The notes under the pieces are model-generated. The model ran no database searches. It worked only from the letters and a program-made list of their open reading frames with translations, and was not told the origin of the DNA. Of a stretch of DNA of 64,000 nucleotides, positions 59,701 through 64,000 are shown in pieces. The stretch's first letter is position 1. The number at the start of each line of letters is the position of its first letter. Position numbers and translations under genes: made by a program. The DNA is from a bacterium (lineage in GTDB: Bacteria > Desulfobacterota_D > UBA1144): positions 5,952 to 69,951 of the forward strand of contig JABILG010000003.1 in assembly GCA_018654605.1 (NCBI GenBank), read 5' to 3'.

Positions 59701-60676
59701 TATATATACTCTTCCAATAATTACTTTAATTTTATTATGTATCCAGGCTATTTTTGCAGGTTCTGAGATTTCTTTATTGTCATGCGACAAAGGAACAATT
59801 AAATCAAAAGCTGATGCAGGTGACAGCTCTGCTCAACTTGTAATGGGATCTATAAGTAAAATTGAAGAATATGTTGCAACTAGTTTAGTAGGCGAGAATC
59901 TATGTATTGTAATCAATACTGTTCTGGTTTCATCCTTTATAGAGAGAGCTTATCCTCAATTTGATCCGCACCTAGGGTCAGTCCTAATATTAACGCCGCT
60001 TATAGTTATCTTTGGACAAGTTGTTCCAAAGTCGATATTTCAAAGACAAAGCAATTTTTTTGTATTAAAGACAATATATTTCTCGAAATTCTTCAGAGTT
60101 TTGTTTAAACCCCTCTTGTTTCTAATAGAATTCTTAACAGATTTTATTGTGAATATAATTGGAACCAAGAATAAGCTTATTACTAGAGAAGAGTTGATGC
60201 ATGAGTTGGAAACCCAGTCAGCTCTTGAAAATTCTTCACAGCAGTTTAGGGATAAGATTTTAAATAAAATTTTGTTGTTTGATAAGGTAACAGTCAAAGA
60301 TATTATGATTCCAATCGATCAAACCGTGCTAGTATCTTTTAGCAAAAAAGTTCAAGATATCAAAGAGTTGGTTGCAAAAACAGGCTATTCAAGGTTCCCC
60401 GTATTCGATTTAAACAAATCCCAAATTAAAGGGACTGTGCACGCATGCTATTTGTTGGATGAAGATGATGACAAAAATATTAATTCGTTCTTAGATAAAT
60501 GTTTTTTTGTAGATGAAGATTTGCTTGTTTCATCATTATTAGATGAAATGAAAAATGCAAGATCACACATGGCAATAGTCGGGACCCCTCAAAAAGCGAT
60601 AGGTTTAGTAACCTTAGAAGATATATTTGAAGAAATATTAGGTGAAATTCAAGATGAACATGATTATGAAGACTAA
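59690..60676 (+). CDS. Second CNNM/CorB paralog (DUF21-CBS, no CorC domain)
   Basis: F.GSE, VVPK, SRFPV, GLVTLEDIFEEILGEI.DEHD. Confidence 0.88.
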   Translation: MKINIYTLPIITLILLCIQAIFAGSEISLLSCDKGTIKSKADAGDSSAQLVMGSISKIEEYVATSLVGENLCIVINTVLVSSFIERAYPQFDPHLGSVLILTPLIVIFGQVVPKSIFQRQSNFFVLKTIYFSKFFRVLFKPLLFLIEFLTDFIVNIIGTKNKLITREELMHELETQSALENSSQQFRDKILNKILLFDKVTVKDIMIPIDQTVLVSFSKKVQDIKELVAKTGYSRFPVFDLNKSQIKGTVHACYLLDEDDDKNINSFLDKCFFVDEDLLVSSLLDEMKNARSHMAIVGTPQKAIGLVTLEDIFEEILGEIQDEHDYED

Positions 60677-60709
60677 ATTGAATAATAATATTTTTTGGTT
60701 TAACATCAA

Positions 60710-61300
60710 ATGATGGACAGAGTAGCAAAAGTTAAAAGAAAAACTAGTGAAGTCAAGGTTTCGGTTGAGCTGAATCTTGATGGTACTGGGAAGTATTCGA
60801 TTAATACTGGTATTCCTTTTTTTAATCATATGCTTGAGCAATTATCAAAGCATGGCTACTTCGATTTAAAAATTGAGGCTGATGGTGATACGGAAATAGA
60901 TTTTCATCATACTGTAGAGGATGTCGGAATCACCTTAGGACAAGCTTTTGATCAGGCTCTTGGTGACAAGAAGTCAATACAAAGATATGGATCAAGTTCT
61001 ATACCTTTTGATGAGACTCTTTCTTCATCAGTGGTTGATTTGTGCAATAGACCTTTCTTTGTCTTTAACGTCGAGCTACCTGCTTCTAAAGTTGGTGAAT
61101 TTGATGTTGAGCTTACGAAAGAGTTCTTTCAATCCTTTACAAGTAACATTAGGGCTAATATTCATATTGAATTAAAATATGGTGCAAATAATCATCATAT
61201 TATTGAGTCGATATTTAAGTCCGTGGCGAGATCACTTGATTCAGCGACTTCGATTGATCCAAGATCTGATTTAGTACCTTCAACTAAAGGCAACCTCTAG
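60710..61300 (+). CDS. hisB: Imidazoleglycerol-phosphate dehydratase
   Basis: TGI.FF.HML, HHTVED, NHHIIE..FK, PSTKG. Confidence 0.96.
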   Translation: MMDRVAKVKRKTSEVKVSVELNLDGTGKYSINTGIPFFNHMLEQLSKHGYFDLKIEADGDTEIDFHHTVEDVGITLGQAFDQALGDKKSIQRYGSSSIPFDETLSSSVVDLCNRPFFVFNVELPASKVGEFDVELTKEFFQSFTSNIRANIHIELKYGANNHHIIESIFKSVARSLDSATSIDPRSDLVPSTKGNL

Positions 61301-61908
61301 TGATTGCAATAATTGATTATGGTTTTGGAAATTTAAGGTCAGTCTCAAAGGCCTTAAGTTTATTGTCTATAGACTCCAAAATTACTGATTCTAAAAAAGT
61401 AATAGAAGATGCGAGTTCTATTATCTTCCCTGGTGTTGGATCTTTTGGAGATTGTATTAAAAATTTGGATGATAAAAAGATTATTGAACCCATTAAAAGT
61501 TCAATTAAGAAAGGAAAGCCTTTCCTTGGAATATGTCTAGGTCTTCAAATTTTGTTTGAAAACAGTGAGGAAAGCCCAGGATCTATAGGGTTCTCTTTTT
61601 TTAAGGGCTCAATAGACAAAATTGAGTTTGAATCAAATAAACTCAAAGTCCCACATATGGGTTGGAATCAAGTTCTATTTAAAGGGAACTCCAGGCTTTT
61701 TAGAGGGATTCCAGATAAAAGTTGGTTCTATTTTGTCCACTCATTCAAGTCTAATATTAATGCTCATATAACAGACTCTATTTCTAACTATGGTGATGAT
61801 TTTTCTTCTTCAATTAGCTCTGATAATATTTATGCAACACAGTTTCATCCTGAAAAGAGTAGTACTGTTGGACTCAAGGTCCTGAAGAACTTCTCACAAA
61901 TTTCTTAG
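61300..61908 (+). CDS. hisH: Imidazole glycerol phosphate synthase glutaminase subunit
   Basis: DYG.GNL, PGVG, GICLG.Q, PHMGWN, YFVHS, QFHPEKS. Confidence 0.96.
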   Translation: MIAIIDYGFGNLRSVSKALSLLSIDSKITDSKKVIEDASSIIFPGVGSFGDCIKNLDDKKIIEPIKSSIKKGKPFLGICLGLQILFENSEESPGSIGFSFFKGSIDKIEFESNKLKVPHMGWNQVLFKGNSRLFRGIPDKSWFYFVHSFKSNINAHITDSISNYGDDFSSSISSDNIYATQFHPEKSSTVGLKVLKNFSQIS

Positions 61909-63845
61909 TAGTTATTTTTGTAATAGTGATAGCTCCTTAATAATCTCTTTACGTACCCATGTGTCTCTTTAAATGGAATATTCTCAACGAATTCGTCATC
62001 ATCAACCCCCGCAAATCTTTTTCTCCACAACTCAACATTGTTAGGCCCCCCATTATAAGCGGCTAGTACACTAGGAATATTATTGTCGAACCTATTCATT
62101 AGTTTCATTAAATAGTAAGTGCCAAGATTGATATTATCATCAGGGTTAAGTAAGTTTGATTTGATATTTAACTCTTTATCTAATGAATCAGCAGTTTTAT
62201 CCATAAGTTGCATTAAACCCTTAGCTCCAACCCACGACTTGGCAAGTGGGTTGAATAAACTTTCTTCTCTTATAAGTGCAAAAATTAAGTTAGAATCCAC
62301 GTCATATTTCTTAGAATACTTGTTCACTATAGACTTGTATCCTCTTGGATACTTGTAGTAGTTGTCAGAATTGTAATTATATGAGATTTTTATGGATAAA
62401 TTAAATTCACCTGCATCATCTAAAGCAGAGAGATATGAATTATAATTTGATGTATTAATCTTATTTCTTATATAGTTTTCAACTTCTTTTCTTAGTGGAC
62501 TATATTGATTGGCGTACCTTAAGAGGGTAATGTCGCCAATATAGTTATTTGATTGAATTTTTTTAAAAATATTCTTTGAGGTCTTAATATTGATTTTTGT
62601 TGATGCAAGATATGAGTAATATCCAATCTTATATTTATTAGCTAGATCTTTATACTCTTTTAACGCTAAGGTTTTATCTCCTAATTTTAATAACGATTTA
62701 CCAGTCCAAAAGCTCCCCAATTGTCTATAGTAAGATTCATCAGACTCTTTTAGGGATCTAAAATATCCTATCGCTTCTTTATAGTTGCCTAGCATATATT
62801 CTGAGAAACCAAGGCCATAAAATGATTTATCAATATAGCCCTTAGACTTTGTTTTAATTAGCCAGTTATATACTTTTATTCCCTGTTCGTATTCTTTATC
62901 GATTGTAAAGAGTCTTGCTGATAAATACCCTACAGCATTGTTTTTACTAAAATTAGGATAATTACTTAGAATAGACTGCAGTTCTTTTGCTAGTAATGAA
63001 TTATTATCTGAACTTTTTAGTTTTAATAATATTATTCTATACTTAGACTCAGCAATCGCCTCTAGATTGGTTGATTGTGATCCAGAATCAGTAAATCCTC
63101 CTGCCGCTATTTTCTTTAAAATCTTCAGACCCTTTTCGCTATCTTTTGATTTAACCATTATTAAGGCCTTCTTTATTCTTAGTAGGACAGATAATTTATC
63201 ATCATATTCTTTCATAAAAATTGAATACATATTTTTGCCATAAAGATTATGGAGTCGTGTGATTCTTTCATCTTTACTAAGAAAATATGAGTGATTATTT
63301 TTAAGTTTATAAAGAAGCTCGTTTACTTTTTTTGCTTTGAATTGAGGGTTGTTGATTGCTAACTGTTTAATTGCTTTGAAAGATTTATTATATTCCTGAG
63401 TCCTATAGAGACTAGAACCCTTTAAGTATTTGATTATTAGTCTATCTTTAGCTGATAGTTTATATTTTTTTATTATTTTACCAAGTGTTTCCATTAAACT
63501 TTTATTTAAGTTTTCATTAAGCAAAGCTTCTGCTTTTATAAGCTCGATTTTTTTGATTAGATTTGATTCAGGATATTTAAGCTTAAACTTATCAAGACTG
63601 ATAATAATATCACTTGATTTAGTTAAGAGTTGGATTTTTTTAAAATCTATAAAGTCTTGAATACTTTCAAGATTTATTAAAGATTTCTGGAATTTGTTTA
63701 GATTTTTCAAAGCTTCTTTGCTTCGATTATTAGATTTTAAACATTCAGATTTCGCAAGATTATTATTTAATTTAGTACATCTTTGATAAGAGAATGATGA
63801 GCTCGTAAGAACAAAAAAGAGAAGAATAATTGTGTTTATGCTCAT
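61905..63845 (-). CDS. Soluble lytic transglycosylase with TPR repeats (Slt70-like)
   Basis: Signal peptide from ATG 63845; TPR region; REES.F.P.A.S..GA.GLMQLM, AAYNGG, ET..YV. The ORF-track extension to 63980 overlaps the upstream gene. Confidence 0.9.
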   Translation of the reverse strand: MSINTIILLFFVLTSSSFSYQRCTKLNNNLAKSECLKSNNRSKEALKNLNKFQKSLINLESIQDFIDFKKIQLLTKSSDIIISLDKFKLKYPESNLIKKIELIKAEALLNENLNKSLMETLGKIIKKYKLSAKDRLIIKYLKGSSLYRTQEYNKSFKAIKQLAINNPQFKAKKVNELLYKLKNNHSYFLSKDERITRLHNLYGKNMYSIFMKEYDDKLSVLLRIKKALIMVKSKDSEKGLKILKKIAAGGFTDSGSQSTNLEAIAESKYRIILLKLKSSDNNSLLAKELQSILSNYPNFSKNNAVGYLSARLFTIDKEYEQGIKVYNWLIKTKSKGYIDKSFYGLGFSEYMLGNYKEAIGYFRSLKESDESYYRQLGSFWTGKSLLKLGDKTLALKEYKDLANKYKIGYYSYLASTKINIKTSKNIFKKIQSNNYIGDITLLRYANQYSPLRKEVENYIRNKINTSNYNSYLSALDDAGEFNLSIKISYNYNSDNYYKYPRGYKSIVNKYSKKYDVDSNLIFALIREESLFNPLAKSWVGAKGLMQLMDKTADSLDKELNIKSNLLNPDDNINLGTYYLMKLMNRFDNNIPSVLAAYNGGPNNVELWRKRFAGVDDDEFVENIPFKETHGYVKRLLRSYHYYKNNY

Positions 63846-64000
63846 TCTGTTTTCTCCTTCATAAATTCTCCTATCTTTATAAATGTAATTGTGGAAATAA
63901 AGATAGCCAGACATGGGAAGACTATCAAATGAGGGAAGCTTCTGATGCCTTGCCAACCATTGTTTGCCATTAGCCCCCAACTTACTTCTGGAGGCGATAT
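63842..64000 (-). CDS. C-terminal end of an oligopeptide/dipeptide ABC permease (OppC/DppC), truncated by window edge
   Basis: Minus frame from 64000 reads ISPPEVSWGLMANNGWQGIRSFPHLIVFPCLAIFISTITFIKIGE...TE*, with an ATGA overlap on the slt start. Not in the ORF track. Confidence 0.8.
   Translation of the reverse strand: MSPPEVSWGLMANNGWQGIRSFPHLIVFPCLAIFISTITFIKIGEFMKEKTE

Noticed and set aside
937-63660. Numerous 60-130 aa ORFs antisense to or nested in housekeeping genes
   Set aside because: They are shadow ORFs of well-supported genes, with no motifs or initiation signals.
63846-63980. N-terminal extension of slt in the ORF track
   Set aside because: The region encodes an OppC C-terminus in another frame; the signal peptide starts at ATG 63845.
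1-64000. CRISPR array, IS elements, rRNA, alternative genetic code
   Set aside because: No regularly spaced repeats, transposase motifs or rRNA-like sequence were seen, and TGA, TAA and TAG all end recognisable full-length proteins.

Overview
AT-rich, very gene-dense bacterial chromosome segment using genetic code 11. It is almost entirely housekeeping, with no CRISPR, IS, prophage or rRNA seen. Inference: a streamlined, probably marine, diderm of Desulfobacterota/deltaproteobacterial affinity (e.g. Dadabacteria-like), judged from hemL-atpZ-atpI-atpB-atpE separated from the F1 genes, split PCC/MCM subunits and overlapping genes. Contents: peptidoglycan recycling (anmK-nagZ-Na+ symporter), aroA-cmk-ispH-sppA-lipA-apgM, cobalamin riboswitch-btuB-btuF divergent from an F420 operon (cofD-cofE-cofG-cofH-cysE), gluconeogenesis (gap, pgk, fbaB, fbp, pgi), methylmalonyl-CoA mutase and propionyl-CoA carboxylase, tRNA-Gln, a sigma-70 factor, an F420-type LLM oxidoreductase, gltX, thiL, tandem CNNM genes, hisBH and slt. 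The most unusual locus is 34176-37839. There, a QueC lacking all four zinc cysteines, QueE, a catalytically dead sirtuin with an intact Zn ribbon and ThyX are coupled in one unit, converging on a degenerate acyl-CoA-synthetase-like ORF. Window-wide, many genes look leaderless and most convergent gene pairs overlap.
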